Source of the DNA: Azolla caroliniana
Taxonomy: Eukaryota; Plantae; Polypodiophyta
Reading direction: 5' to 3'
Length of the DNA: 64,000 bases
Assembly (NCBI GenBank): GCA_043228905.1
Contig: JBHGNT010000002.1
Location: forward strand, 17,670,001 to 17,734,000
In this document: one piece after another, positions 12,950-27,400 of the stretch
Layout of the letters: each line of letters begins with the position of its first letter
Numbering within the stretch: position 1 is the stretch's first letter
Program-made: the position numbers and the translations under genes
Notes under the pieces: generated by a model
Seen by the model: only the letters and a program-made list of their open reading frames with translations
Database searches by the model: none
Told to the model about the DNA's origin: nothing

Positions 12950-15332
12950 TCGGTTTGTGCAACTGCTGGTTTGAAAGGTCTGACAAAGTCGAGACCCCAT
13001 TTTTGAAATGGCTCCAATGGTAATACCAGCTGATGCGGCATCCTATCTTTGTCGGTGGATTGTCTAGTCCGCTGACATAAATCTGCCAGATCTTCCTCCA
13101 TGTTCGTGGTTGCGATGATGTTGACTCTAAAAAGTTGAGCATCGGGGAAATCATCTTAAATACTCCTATACTCGACTCTCCCAATTCTAGTCTACTCAAA
13201 TTGTCGGTGACTGAATACTATACCCCTGGCCGATGAAGTATGTTGAATTCAAACTCTTGTGGCAACAATGTCCATTGGGCTAGTTTTTCTGTCAACTCCT
13301 ATTTGGACACTAAATATAATAATGCTAAATGGTCCACATGAATTGTGAATTTCTAACCCAACAAGTAGTGACGAAATTGATTGATACTATATATCATCCC
13401 GAGAGCCTCGCATTTAGTTGTTGAGTAATTTCGTTCAGCCGTTGAGAGCTTCTGACTCGCGTAGTACACTGGTCTATCCCAGTTTCGCTCCATCAGCTAC
13501 ATTAATGACCTTCTGATTGCTACATCGGATTCGTCGACAAACACATGAAAAGGCTTCTGCCACTCCGGCGGTTGTACAACTGGCACCCTTAGTAAGCATC
13601 TTCTTGAGGCAACCATAGGCATCTTGCTCCGCATTTGTCTATTGAAAGGGTGTTTTATGTACTACCACATTAGTGAGATACCGAATCATCCGACAATGCC
13701 ATCGGATTTGGCCCAAAAATCTACTGAGAGCCTTAGCATTAGTTAGAGCTGGAGCTTCTAGTATCGTCTTCACCTTGTCGGGATCGACTGCAATTCCTTC
13801 CCGACAAACGATATAGCCGAGCAACATACCACAGGTTACTCCAAATGCACATTTAGCAAGATTGAGACTAAGTTGACCTTGTCGACACCATTCTAGACAT
13901 AGTCATAAATGCTCAAAATGATCGGTTTTCTACTATACACAGAAAAGTAATCAAGGAATACATGCAAAAATGCAAGGATATAATCACTGAAAATTTCTTA
14001 AATAACTCTCTGAAATGTCGTCGGAGCTGTTTTTAATCCGAACATCATTACGATTGCGACAAATACTCCCCATTCCGTGACAAAGGCTGTTTTTCCTGAT
14101 CTTGTGGATGCATTCGAACCTGATTGTAGCCACTAAAGCCATCCAAAAAGTTGTAATTTCCGTCACTTGCCACCACATCTATTAACAGAAATGCATTTGT
14201 TATTCTGGCCGCATTAAGCTTCCTATAGTCGAGACATATACCCAGATCTTTCCATTTTTCTTGGGTACGACTACAGTTGGACATACCAAGTTTCCTTTTT
14301 TTATTGGTTGAATAAAACCGACTCTGAGGAGTTTGTCGATTTCTTCCTTGACTTTCACAGCATAGTTCAGACTTAGTTAGTACAGACATTGTTGTACCGG
14401 CTTTGCATCCTTCTGTAAATTTATCTGATGTTGATAGAATGCTGGATCTAATCCCTTCATGTTTTCAAATGACCAAGCAAACACATATTTATATTAACAT
14501 AGTAGACAAGTCATCTTCGTTTTATCCGCCGACTCCATTTCTTTGGCTATTAGAATGGTCTTTGGTTCGGCATTGGCCTCGGCCTCGACTAAATTTAATT
14601 CTTCAAGGTGCCGATGCCTGAACTCTTTGGGACACCTGCATCTCCCTTTCTGTGGCAGTCGTAATTCCTTGAATGTTTTGTCATCCACATCAAACTTCTT
14701 CTTCTTTATCTTCCTCCCCCATATAAGGAGTAAGTGTCTCTAATATGTCTACTTCGAATAGTGGAATGATCTTCAGGTTGTCTTCAAAATATATTTCTTG
14801 TTCAGCCTCATCCAAACCTTCCATCATATTTACGGCTTTTGCATGAACTGCGAAACACTGTTGAGTCATGCTGACCTTTTCCTGTGTTGACACCCGAATT
14901 TTATTCTTTCACCTTTCGGAATGTTAAGGTGTTCTTGTTCCAATTCTGTTTAATATTTGCTGCTTTTAGCCAAGCTCTGCCCAATAGTAATGGAATGCAC
15001 CAGATGCCTCCAAATGAAGTACTACTACCGAGATTTGAAAAGTGAGACCCCCTATAATGACATCTAACTGACAAATTAATCCCATCGGTCGGACTGTACT
15101 TGTGTCGGCCATTCTTAACTAGAAAGGACATGCATCCCATTTGGTAATTCCAAGCCAATCACATGTGATCTTATTCATCACAATTACTCCTAATCCGTCG
15201 TCGACAATAGTGTTAGTGACTTCCTGGCCCCAAATTATTACTTTTATTGATGGGCTCTGTTCATCCATTATGATCGGTCCGACAATTGGATTGCTATAAT
15301 TTAGCAATGTCAATTTTTTGGTTCCATTTTGC
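12950..15332 (-). pseudogene. Heavily decayed Gypsy pol (protease, RT, RNaseH, integrase start)
   Basis: ICLDYRKLN, FLDGFSGYNQV, LLGYIVCREGIAVDPDKV and LLLGRAWL fragments with many frameshifts. Confidence 0.8.
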
Positions 15333-15656
15333 TATCATGATATGGCAAGACTCGAACCCATGACCTTATGTTGTATGGGTTGAGCTCTTGACCATTATAC
15401 CATCTATTGTAATACGTAAGATATTATTTTCATTTAAGTTTTATTATAGGAAATTAATTTATATTCCAGATTTCTCTGGAACATTCTAGAAGCTTCAAGA
15501 TTACTCCTAAGAACACTATAAAAGAAGGCACTAGGCATTATTTTGAACCAAATTGGTTCAACACCAGTCTTAAGCCTCATAGCCCTTTTGTACTTATTCT
15601 TCACATAATATATCCACTATTATCATCATCATCTCTCTCTCTCTCTCTCTCTCTCT

Positions 15657-16897
15657 AAAATTTATGAAGCTTATGAAGGCATTGGAAAATTTTTGCATGC
15701 ATACTAAATTAAGTGTCAATAGCTCTAAAACAAAGATTATGCTTGTGAAGAGCCAAAAAAGAGATAAACCATGCATTATGTACAACAATGAGCCACTTGA
15801 ATGTGTGGAAAGCTTCAAATATCTTGGCCTTGAAGTTCCTTCAAATCATAGATGGAATGAATGTGCTACACGCCGCTTAGAGGCGGGCAAGCGAGCATAC
15901 TATGCATTTGAGAACACATGCAATCTTGGAGATATTAAGTGTTGGGTCCTCAAGATATATCTTTTCGACACTTTGGTGATACCAGTTCTTCTCTATGGGG
16001 TGGAAGTATGGGGCGGCAACATCCCTAAATCTATGTGGAAAGAGTTTGAAAATGTCCAAAAGCATTTTCTTACCAAGTTTCTATAAGTTAAGAAACAAAC
16101 ACCCTACACCCTCCTCCTCCTTGAGACGGCATCGCTTCCCATTGAGATCATGGCCATGGAAAGGGTTGTTGAATACATGCTTAAGGTTCAAAAAAGTCCC
16201 TCACATCGACTTCCTAGAATTGCGTGGGAAGCAAGCAAAAAGATCCAAAAGACTCATAAAAGCAAAATTTTGTGTTCCGGTTGGATGCAAGATATAGAAA
16301 AAGGGTTTGGTACATGGGATACGAGACACTTGCTTCATGATGCATCATTAGATTCCTCTATAAACGAGGCATTTTTGCAACGCTAATGTATCATGACATG
16401 GTACAAATGTGGAGGCTCACGCTTCACACATTATACTACACATGTTGCACCTAACTACAAAACCATATTCTCTGCGGAACGGGGAAATCGTACACATCCA
16501 TACATGTTAGAGCCCATACCGTTATCTGCCATTCGAACCATTGCTTCCATGCGACTTAGCTCACATGCATTGCGATGTGAAACGGGGCGTTGGGGTACAA
16601 GTGATGAGAGTGGTCGACTATGCGCACTTTGCCCTAAACAAGTTCGCGAGTCTGAGTATCACACTTTGATACAATGCTCTGCCTTTGATCATATTCGACC
16701 ATGCTTTCCACATCTCTTCGATCGAGCCCAATCTTTGCATGAATTCCTCTCATAACCACATTGTGCACGCTCGATTGTAACATTCATTGGTAAAGTTCTT
16801 GAACATCGAGAGTCACTAATCACTTTCACACGTATCACGTGAAATGTAATATTTTTGGTCTCATAGGTCATATTTGACCTCCGAAGACGATAATATA

Positions 16898-16932
<35 letters not shown>
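15657..16932 (+). mobile_element. 5'-truncated non-LTR retrotransposon (RTE/RTEX-like LINE)
   Basis: RT C-terminus (LSVNSSKTKIM, VESFKYLG, LLYGVEVWG); C-terminal CCHC region (LSSHALRCETGR...CALC...ESEYHTLIQC); (TATC)n tail. Confidence 0.88.
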
Positions 16933-16933
<1 letters not shown>

Positions 16934-19900
16934 CTCGTCCTCGCTATCTCTCTCTATCCTCTTCTCTCTTCCTCTCTCAGGAGTCTTACGCAGTCCCATC
17001 CTCTTAGTACTAATAGTACTTCCCTTTTCCAGTACTAATTCTCTCTCTGTTTTAGTACTATTCTTGACAGTTTGAACCAATTTTTTCCTCAAGTCTACCT
17101 GTCACTTTTCCTCATCCTCCTACCCTTTTTCCTATACTATGGCTATTGTTAGCGCCCAAGAATATCAATCCGTTTTCTCCGAGCTACAGTGTCTAAAAGA
17201 AAATTTTGTTGCCTTGGAACAAGAAAACCAACGGTTGATAGGGGATCTGCAACAAATTGCTCTCGAAGAACAACAAACGCAACAACAACATGGGGAGTTA
17301 GCGTTACGGGTACAACAACTCAAAGCAGCGTTGCAACAACAAGGATCATGTCCCCAAGGATTTCATAAAGAGCCCAAGATTGGACTTCCTGTGAAATTTG
17401 ATGGAACGCGATCACAATTCAGGGGATTCCTTAATCAGGTACGCTTAGTCATCCAAATGCATCTTTCCCGATACCCCACTGATGCATCCCGAGTCGGCCT
17501 AGTAATAGGCACGTTGCTGAGAGGCTCAACGTTAGCATGGTTTGCTCTGCTTCTAGAAAAATAATCGCCCTTGCTTAATAACTTTGAAGACTTTATTAGT
17601 GAGTTTAAAGCCTGCTTTGGAGATATCGATAGCATCCGGATGGCGATCAACAAAATCCGACGATTGCGTCAAGGCGATCGTCCAGCCTCTGCCTACGTGG
17701 TAGATTTCCGTCTACTCGCCTCAGATATCCCCTGGGATGACCAAGCACTAATGGAGCAGTTTTGCTACGACCTGCGAAACGATGTCAAAGATTTACTTTT
17801 AACCTTCCCCGAAGAACCAAAGTCTGTTACGGAGGCAATCAGTCGAGCGGTCTGATGCGACAACCGCCTTTTCGAACGACGTTCAGAACATCAATTACAA
17901 ATATCACGCTCTAGGTCGGAGCCCACTTACACCTCAGTCGTGGCTAAACCGTTTGCACGAGACATACCTCAAGCAATTACTCCGACACCGATGGAGATCG
18001 ACACCATGCATCGACGTGGCCCGTTATTGGAAGAAGAAAAGCAATGACGACGTGCAAATCGATTATGTCTTTATTGCGGTGGACGAGGGCATATCGCAAT
18101 CAATTGTCCCCATAGGCCAAGAAGACAGGGAAATCAAATCGTAGCCTGTACTAAACCCGAGTCAATTCTTCCCTTAGGAGTGTTTGATAGTATTAATAGT
18201 ACTAATAGCCCAAGTATCTCAAACAAATTTGAAATCCTTAGTCAATTAGATGAAGAGTTAAACGATTGAGTCCAGCCAAAATAAGAGTTGTTTGGTTGGA
18301 CAACCCTAGATCTGTACAGCCCATTAGTGGTTCCATTCCCTCCAAGCAAGTTAGCAATGTGTTCCTAGCCCAAGTCATGGTTAGTACTAAAAGTATTCCC
18401 CCAAGCAAGTGGAATTTCTAGGCTACGTCATCTCCTCAAAGGGCATCTCCATGGATCTAGCTAAAGTCCAAACTGTGCTAGAGTGGCAAATTCCACGGTC
18501 GGTACGAGATGTACAATGTTTTCTAGGTTTTGCTAATTTCTACCGCAAGTTTATACAAGATTACTCGAAGATTATTTTACCTCTCACACAACTTACGAAG
18601 AAGGGACAAGCATTTCTTTGGTCCAATGAGGCAGACATGGCTTTTCGGCATCTTAAGAAAACCTTTACATCAGCTCCTATTCTAGCTCATGTGGATACAA
18701 ACAAACCATTCATCATGGAGGCCGACACATCGGATTTCACCCTCAGTAGCATCCTTTCTCAACAAGGAGATAAAGAAGCGTTACATCCTGTGGCTTTTCA
18801 TTCACGCAAATTCGATATCGCGGAATTCAACTACGAAATACATGACAAGGAATTATTAGCCATCGTGGATTACTTTGTGAAATGGTGGCATTTCTTAGAG
18901 GGCTCTCCACATCAGGTCATCTTCTTTAGTGATCACAAAAAACTTGCTTATTTCTAGAACGCTCGGATGCTAAATTGACGGAAAGCTCAGTGGGCTGAAT
19001 TCCACATGCGTTTTGACTTCAAAATCACATATCAACCGGGGAAGCAGCAAGGAAAAGCAGATGCGCTATCACGGCGTTCATATCTTGCATCCCGTCCTGG
19101 TGATCTAGCATTTGATAATCAAAAGCAAGTTATCTTGGGACCAACACGATTGCACACAATGCGGATTTTTCACACCCCAATGGACTCCCGGATTACCGAT
19201 GCCATACGTGCGAACTTGAAGGCAGACAGTTTTGCTCAAGACATTTTGGCGCACATTGATACCTCTCGGTCATTCTGTTCCCAGTCTCAACAACCAAGTA
19301 TGGTGACACCATCCATATGGCTTGTTGGTACCCTTACCGATTCCAAGTAAGCGGTGGCAGTCTATTTGTCTTGATTTTATCACAGATCTATCGGTCTCGA
19401 AGGGGTTCGATGCTATCTTGACCTTCGTCGATCGATATACTAAGATGGCACATTTTGTGCCGTGTACTAAGGCCATCATTAGCGAGGAAACCGCCGCCCT
19501 TGTCATACGTGAGGTATTTCGGCATCATGGCCTCCCATATAGTATCATCAGTGACCGAGGACCTCAATTCGTCTCCAAATTTTGGCAGCATCTCTTCAAG
19601 ATGCTCAAGGTCTCTTGCAACCTCTCCTCCGGCTACCATTCCCAGACTAATGGGCAGGCGGAACGAACAAACCAAACGTTGGAACAATATCTCCGGTGTT
19701 TTCTGAGTTATCAACAAGACGACTCGGTCGAGATTCTCCACTTTGCGGAGTTTGCATATAATAATGTTGTTCACTCCTCGATTCGGGTCTCCCCATTTTA
19801 TGCTTATACCGGTTCTCATCCTCGCTGGTCGGTGATCGACACCCTGGAGCTACCTACCAATCCTCGTGTCGAGGATCATGTGGAGAGGCTACGCAAGATC

Positions 19901-20875
19901 TAGATGGATCTCTTTACTCATCTTCATCATGCTCAACACACACAAAAGACTTATGCGGATCGTCATCAGCTTCCCTCCTCTTTTGCCATCAGAGATCAAG
20001 TATGGTTGTTACGTCGTCACATCAAGACTACTCGACCGTGCGACAAGTTGGATTATCGACAACTCGGTCCTTTCCATATTACTAGTAAGGTTAATGATGT
20101 CACGTTCCGCCTTGATCTCCCTCCGCATCTTCAGATACATCCAGATTTCTATAGCTCTTTTCTTGAATCTTATAAAGCAAACACTATTCCCGATCGTGTG
20201 ACACCACCGCCGCTCCTGCTTGAGTTGGAAGCCGGCCCAGAGTATGAAGTTGTTGCCGTCCTCAATTCCAAACTTGTTCGCAACAAACTTTATTATTTGG
20301 TCGATTGGCTCGGCTATAGTCCGAGCGAACGTACTTGGGAACCCATCGCCAATGCTCAGGATCTTCTTGTTGAGTTCCACCGAAAGTATCCGGCCAAACC
20401 CAGTCCGCAATTAGCGCCGACTCGTTCCACTCGAACGCATGACCTTATGTTATATGGGTCGAGCTCTTGATCATTATACCATCTATTGTAATATGTAGGA
20501 TATTATTTTCATTAAGTTTCATTAGAGAAAATTATCATGGCAAAACTCGACCCCATGACCTTATGTTATATGAGTCGAGCTCTTGACCATTATACCATCT
20601 ATTGTAATACGTAAGATATTATTTTCATTTAAGTTTTATTATAGGAAATTAATGTATATTCCAGATTTCTCTGGAACATTCTAGAAGCTCCAGGATTACT
20701 CCAGAGAACACTATAAAAGAAGGCACTAGGCATTATTTTGAACCAAATTGGTTCAACACCAGTCTTAAGCCTCATAGCCCTTTTGTACTTATTCTTCACA
20801 TAATATATCCTCTATTATCATCATCATCTTTCTCTCTCTCTCTCTCTCTCTCTCTTCCTCGCTATCTCTCTCTCT

Positions 20876-21665
20876 CACCAACTTGAGATTGAGAATGGCC
20901 GTACTAGTGGAGTCCCTAGGGAGGAAAGGATATGTAGTTAATGTCACATAGAGATAGAGGATGAGTACCACTTTACATGCAAGTGTCCAACCTATGCCGA
21001 GATAAGGGCAAAATACCAAGACATACTTGGTTCGTCTCCCACCCTCCCCAAACTATTAGACACTCTAGATATAAAGGAATTAGGCAAATACATTCTAGAG
21101 CTAAAACAACACACAGAGAATAAGTTACAAAATGTTGGCAATAATGTTGCTAATGATCACGAACATGGAACAAATGAAGTTTTTCAGGAACAGGGGGAGA
21201 CAACGAATGTCGACACACTTGCACCACTAGGCCTTTCCATTGATGAGGTAGAAAACCAGAGAAGAACCAGACGTCCTCGAGTGCTGGGTTTCAAAGCAAC
21301 TCGATGTGATGTGGAAGCAATATTGAAAATAAGGGAACGTGAGCTACACCACCTAGAAGCCATGGCTAGGGCACTCTCTACATTGGAACCACGGGTCACA
21401 CCCACATCAAGACGCTTTGACCCCCCACTTCTTTTCGAGAGGCTTGGGTGGAAATAAAATTAGGCTTAGTGTATAGTCATTTCGAGTATACTACGTATTG
21501 TACACTACTAGAACTCTTTTAGTTTAAGTTCTATTTTTTACTTAATTTTATTTTAGTTATGATGACTGGATAAATACTCTTTTGTTGTAAACCAATTGTC
21601 TCATGGGCCAAATTTGGCCTTAGAAGACGTTAATATATCTTTCTTTCTTTCTTTCTTTCTTTCTC
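20876..21665 (+). mobile_element. Short 3' fragment of a second RTE/RTEX-like LINE
   Basis: Translates to HQLEIENGR...ERIC..C..EIEDEYHFTCKC; 3' end tctcatgggcc...gaagacgttaatat resembles 16860-16897; (TTTC)n tail. Confidence 0.75.
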
Positions 21666-21783
21666 TCCTCTTCTCTCTTCCTCTCTCGGGAGTCTTACAC
21701 AGTCCCGTCCTCTTAGTACTAATAGTACTTCCCTTTTCCAGTACTAATTCTCTCTTTGTTTTAGTACTATTCCTGACATTTGC

Positions 21784-24000
21784 ACAATGATCGTCGCAAC
21801 CTTTTTTGTGAACCTGGGCACTAATTTTAACAATCTGGCCAAAGGTAGTGACACTTGGCAATCGGCCAAGATTTTCCATGTATGTTCATCCTTATAAAAG
21901 TTAATATGCGGAAGTTTTGACAAACCGGTTTATCCAAATAGGAATAGAAATAGAGACAGGTTTGAATGGAAGCTTGAATCATAGAGACAGAGAGAGCAGG
22001 ACAACATAAAATCAATTAAAAATAATAATATTTTGTAGATACAATGTGCTTAGTAAGAACTTTTATACAAGTCCTTCAAAGGACTGACAAGTACTTTAAT
22101 TCTCATACGAGCGACTGACATGGACTCCTAAAAATATGCCTACGTACTAGGCTAGATTTGTGGGCCTCTAACGGACTACCGGTGCCAATAAGATCCGTCT
22201 CTTTAATCCGGCTCCTGGGTCCGAATACCATCCGAACACCGATTTGGTTCTCTATTCTGGACTCCAATCTGCCTATGGCTGGTTCAACCGATAGGGATCC
22301 GGTTGAGCTTGTCCGCTCAACAATCCTTAGTTGTTGTCTTTGGTGCAGTTTGGCCGACTATCTGACCGTCGACCAACGCAACATTTTCCTGCAACATTTT
22401 GGCAACATTGTTATTATTAGCCTCATCAACCCATTCCTTACCTGCCTTTCGCACTGCTTCCTGCACCTCCCACTCTGATTGTTTGCCTTTACTACAAGTG
22501 GTTACTTGTTGTATTTCCGGTACCACCATATTTACTATCAGTGCCTTTCCTTTATCTTTCATCGGGCATTGATTTGCATAGTGCCCACCTCTTTTGCATA
22601 TGTAGCAATTTGGAACTGATGCGCGACTAGATTCTCCAATTTCATATTGAGGTTGACGAGCAACCTGAGATTTAGAATTATCTTTGTCTTTGGAATCATG
22701 TTGAAATTGTCGAGACCCTTTCGACTTTCGGTTGTCATTAAATCGGAAATTTGGTGGTAAATTATCCTCATTTCTTTTATAGTTATTGGACCTTCGGTCG
22801 TCCTAATTTCGACTTCCCTTTGGTAGTCCTGATCATAATTATTTCGATTATCCCATTGGTAGTCATTGTGATGATCCTCATCATATATGTCACCACGCTG
22901 ATAGTCACCATGTCGATTATCCTCTCAATAGCTATCATTCCACTGGTTATCATCTTGCCGCTCAGACTGATACCGGTTATCATAGTTTGGTTGATCGTCC
23001 TCAGGAGACCGATTTTGATTTTCCGGATAATTATTTTTAAGATGAATTTGCTGAACGGGTGTGATTGTTTTATTGAGTAGATTATACTCACATTGCTCGA
23101 CTGAATAAGCCTTGGAATGGCAAATCGTACAATGAGTGCATAGACTACACTCTATTGTCGAATGCCCTGTGTTGAGGCAAGTTGTACATTGAACAACTTG
23201 CTTGAATCAGAGCTCTTCTAATGTAGGTAAGGTACGACGTAACACAAACATGTTCATACTATTATTATTGTGTGTTTGATCCATTGCCAGAGCTTTATCT
23301 ACCTCTTGCTCTAGTGATTTATTCCGGAAATCGAACCTTTCTAAAGTTGTTCGAAGAGGTTCACGTATAGCGTCCAGGAAAATATCCTTCAATTCCTCTT
23401 CTGAAATTTTGAAATCGGATGAGAAACTATGATATTGTTTCATGTGACTCCTGATAGGCCGCATAGAACTGACCTATTACATCCTTCTGGGGAATCTGGT
23501 GATGAAACGATTGTGTGAATTTCGCAACTAATTGTTCGAACGAGTCGAATGCTTTTGGCCCATTCTAGGCATACCACTTTGCTGTCAAACCATCCAACGA
23601 GAGGACGAACTCAGTGATTTTTTATTTCTCCTCGGCTAATGCCGACAGTTGTTGTGCCACATGGTTCACTTCCCATGTGATTAAAAAATCTCTTATATGT
23701 GCTTCTGCATCAGCATCATCTCTGTATTTCGAGTAAGGGTATGACATATTGTCGTCTCCCCAAATTTTATAAAAAGAACCTTGATTAGACTGCTCCTCGT
23801 CTAAACAATTATCTGTTAAATCCGTGATTCTACTTCATTCCCGATCAGCTTATTCGAAATTGTCAGCACTACCTTCTCCTACGCGTTGAGTTTCTGTTCG
23901 TGTGTGAGGACGTTTACTGTCGACAGGTGTTTTCGGACTAGATGACATCCATTCCACCTTGTTCTCTGCCTATTGCAGATGTAACCGGGTGTGCCAAAAT
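21784..24000 (-). pseudogene. Decayed Gypsy gag region with PBS-like site, probably continuous with the pol at 12950-15332
   Basis: gag-like ELKDIFLDAIREPLRTTL; similar to 31825-32364; gtgtgccaaaat PBS-like site at ~23989-24000. Confidence 0.6.
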
Positions 24001-24403
24001 TGTGTTGTTTGGCCGACAATCGATTACTGTACATAGCCAACACAATTGTCAGGAATAGTACTAAAGCAGAGATGGAATTAGTACTAAGAAGAGTAGTACT
24101 ATTAGTACTAAGAGGACGGGACTGCGTAAGATTCACGAGAGAGAGGAAGTGAGAAGACGAGAGAGAGAGAGATAGGATGATGACAACAATTCTTATATTA
24201 TATGAAAGATAAGTACAAATCGGCTAAGAGGCTTAAGACTGGTGTTGAACCAATTTGGTTCAAAACAATGCCTTGTGCCTCCTTTTATAGTGTTTTTAGG
24301 AATAATCCTGAAGCTTCTAGAATGTTTCAGAGAGATCTGGAATATACATCAATTTTCTATGATAAAGCATAAATGAAAATAATATCCTACAAATTACAAT
24401 TCA

Positions 24404-24462
24404 TAGTCTAATGGTAAGAGCTCGACCCATGTAGCATAAGGTCATGGGTTCGAGTCTTGCCA
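24404..24462 (+). other. tRNA-like A/B-box segment in the chromovirus LTR (also 29641-29699; reverse copies ~15342-15400 and ~20537-20595)
   Basis: tagtctaatggta...ggttcgagtc, 43 nt apart; no convincing cloverleaf. Confidence 0.45.
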
Positions 24463-24483
24463 TATCATGACACTATCTCCCCC

Positions 24484-27400
24484 TTAAACACGACGAGTGG
24501 AACGAGTCAGCACTATTTGCGGACCGGGTTTGTCTGGATACTTTCGGTGGAAATCAGCAAGAAGATCTTGTGCATTGGCAACATGCTCGACGGGTTCCCA
24601 AGTACGTTCGCTCGGACTATAACCGAGCCAATCAACCAAGTAATAAAGTTTGTTGCGAACAAGTTTGGAATCGAGGATGGCAGCAACTTCATACTCCGGG
24701 CCGGCGTCCAACTCCAGCGGGGGCGGCGGTGGTGTCACATGATCGGGAATGGTGTTTGCTTTATAAGGTTCAAGAAGAGAACAATGGAAAACCGGATGTA
24801 TCTGAAGCTGCGGAGGGAGATCAAGGCGGAAGGTGACATCATTAATCTTCCCCGTAATACGGAAAGGACCGAGTCGTCGATAATCCAACTTGTCGCACGG
24901 TCGAGTAGTCTTGATGTGACGACGTAAGAGCCATACTCGATCTCCGATGGCAAAAGAGGAGGGAATCCGATGACGATCCGCATAAGTCTTCTGTGTGTGT
25001 TGAGCATGACGAAGGTGAGTAGAGAGATCCATCTGGATCTTGCGTAGCCTCTCCAAATGATCCTCGGCACGAGGGTTGGTAGGTAGCTCCGGAGAGTCGA
25101 TCACCGACCAGCGAGGATGGAAACCGGTATAAGCGAAAAATGGGGAGACTCGAGTCGAGGAGTGAATAGCATTATTATACGCAAACTCCACAAAGTGGAG
25201 AATCTCGGCCCAATCGTCCTGTTGATAACTCAGGAAACATCGGAGATATTGCTCCAACGTTTGGTTTGTTCGTTCCGCCTGCCCGTTGGTCTGAGGATGT
25301 GATAGCCGGAGGAGAGGTTGCAGGAGACCTTGAGCATCTTGAAGAGATGCTGCCAAAATTTGGAGACAAATTGTGGGCCTCGGTCATTGATAATATTGTC
25401 TGGGAGGCCATGATGCCGAAATACCTCACGCATAACAAGAGCGGCGGTTTCCTCGCTAGAGATGGCTTTAGTACATGGCACAAAATGTGCCATCTTCGTA
25501 TATCGATCGACGACGGTTAGGATAGCATCGAACCCCTTCGAGACCGGCAGATCTGTGATAAAATCAAGACAAATATACTGTCATGGCTTACTTGGAATCG
25601 GTAAAGGTTCCAACAAGCCATATGGATGGTGTCGTGGCATCTTTGCTCGGCAGCAAGCATCACAGGTCCGAACGTAGTCGTCGACAAAACGGCGCATGTG
25701 GGGCCACCAAAAAGATCGATGCACTAGCTCCAACGTCTTAGTACTACCGAAATGTCCCGCCGTATGGGTGTCGTGACAATGTTGGACGATTTGAAGGCGA
25801 CAGGAGCAATTGGGGACATATACGCGTTTTTTAAAGAATAACAAACCATCATGATATTCGAATTGTCGGTAGTCAATTCCTGGTTGTTGAGACTGAGAAC
25901 AGGATGCCCGAGAAGTATCAATGTGCACCAGGATGTCTTGAGCAAAACTATCTGTCTTCAAGGTTGCACGTATGTCATCAGTAATCCGTGAATCATCAGG
26001 GTGTGAAAAATCCGCGTCGTGTGCAATCGTGTTGGTCCCAAGATTACTTGCTTTTGATTATCAAATGTTGCGTCACCAGGACGAGGTGCAAGATATGAAC
26101 GCCGTGATAGTGCATCTGTTTTTCCTTGCTGCTTCCCCGGTCGATATGTGATTTTGAAGTCGAAACGCGTGAGGAATTGCGCCCACCGAGCTTGCCGTCG
26201 ATTTAGTACGCGAGCGTTCTGAAAATAAGCAAGATTTTTATGATCGCTAAAGACAATGAACTGATGTGGAGAGCCCCCTAAGAAATGCCGCCATTGTACA
26301 AATGAATCCACGATGGCTAATAACTCCTTGTCATGTATTTCGTAGTTGATTTCTGCGACATCGAATTTGCGCGAATGGAAAGCCACCGGATGCAACTCTT
26401 CTTTATCGCCTTGTTGAGAAAGGATGCTACCGAGGGTGAAATCTGATGCGTCAGCCTCTATGATGAATGGTTTGCTTGTATCCACATGAGCTAGAATCGG
26501 TGCTGATGTAAAGGCTTTCTTAAGATGCCGAAAAGCCATATCTGCTTCTATGGACCAAAGAAATGCTTGGCCCTTCTTCGTAAGTTGTGTGAGAGGTAAA
26601 ATAATCTTCGAGTAATCCTGTATAAACTTATGGTAGAAGTTAGCAAAACCTAGAAAACATTGTACATCTCGTACCGACCGTGGAATTTGCCACTCTAGTA
26701 CAGTTTGGATTTTAGCTGGATCCATGGCGATGCCCTTTGAGGAGATGACGTAGCCTAGAAATTCCACTTGCTTGCAGTCAAAGCAACATTTTTCTAGCTT
26801 GGCATAAAGACCATTCTCGCGGAGTCGCTTTAGTACTAATAGTACATGAGAATCGTGCTCTTCCTGGGTCTTCGAATAAATCAATAGATCATCCAGATAA
26901 ATGATCAAACAGATCCAAGAGGTCTCTGAATATATCATTTGCCATGTGTTGGAAGACTGCGGGTGCATTGGTTAGGCCAAACGGCATAACAGTATACTCG
27001 AAATGCCCATACCGCATGCGAAAGGCGGTCTTCCACTCATCTCCCGGTCTGATCCGCACGAGATTATATGCTCCTCGTAGGTCGATTTTAGTAAAAAACT
27101 TGGCACCATTAACTCGCTCTAAAAGACTTAATATAAGAGGAAGTGCATACCTATTCCGGATGGTGACTTTATTCAATCCACGGTAATCAACGACAAGATG
27201 AAGTGAGCCATCTTTCTTCTTGACAAAGAAGATGGGTGCACCGGCCGGAGATTTTGAATGGCGGATGAACCCGCTTGCCAAGTTCTCCTCTATGTAGGCT
27301 TGAAGGACTTCTAACTTGGTGGGTGACTAGTTGTAAATTGGTCCCCATGGTGGCTCGGTTCCTCATTGTAAATCGATGGGACAGTCATAGGGACGGTGAT

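Larger units (their letters stand above)
15333..21778 (+). mobile_element. Chromovirus (Tcn1/Tf1-like Ty3/Gypsy), internally deleted copy; 5' LTR 15333-17069, 3' LTR ~20535-21778, each interrupted by a LINE
   Basis: TSD TTTGC (15328-15332, 21779-21783); gag from 17139; RNaseH from 18409; integrase from 19322; chromodomain EYEVVAVLNSKLVRNKLYYLVDWLGY; most of the protease/RT is deleted near 18400. Confidence 0.92.

Noticed and set aside
22751-23091. Ile-rich ORFs on both strands (similar at 31255-31792)
   Set aside because: Off-frame or antisense readings of repetitive gag sequence; no support for an env-like gene
24404-24462. Functional tRNA gene
   Set aside because: No convincing acceptor stem or anticodon arm; it is part of an LTR
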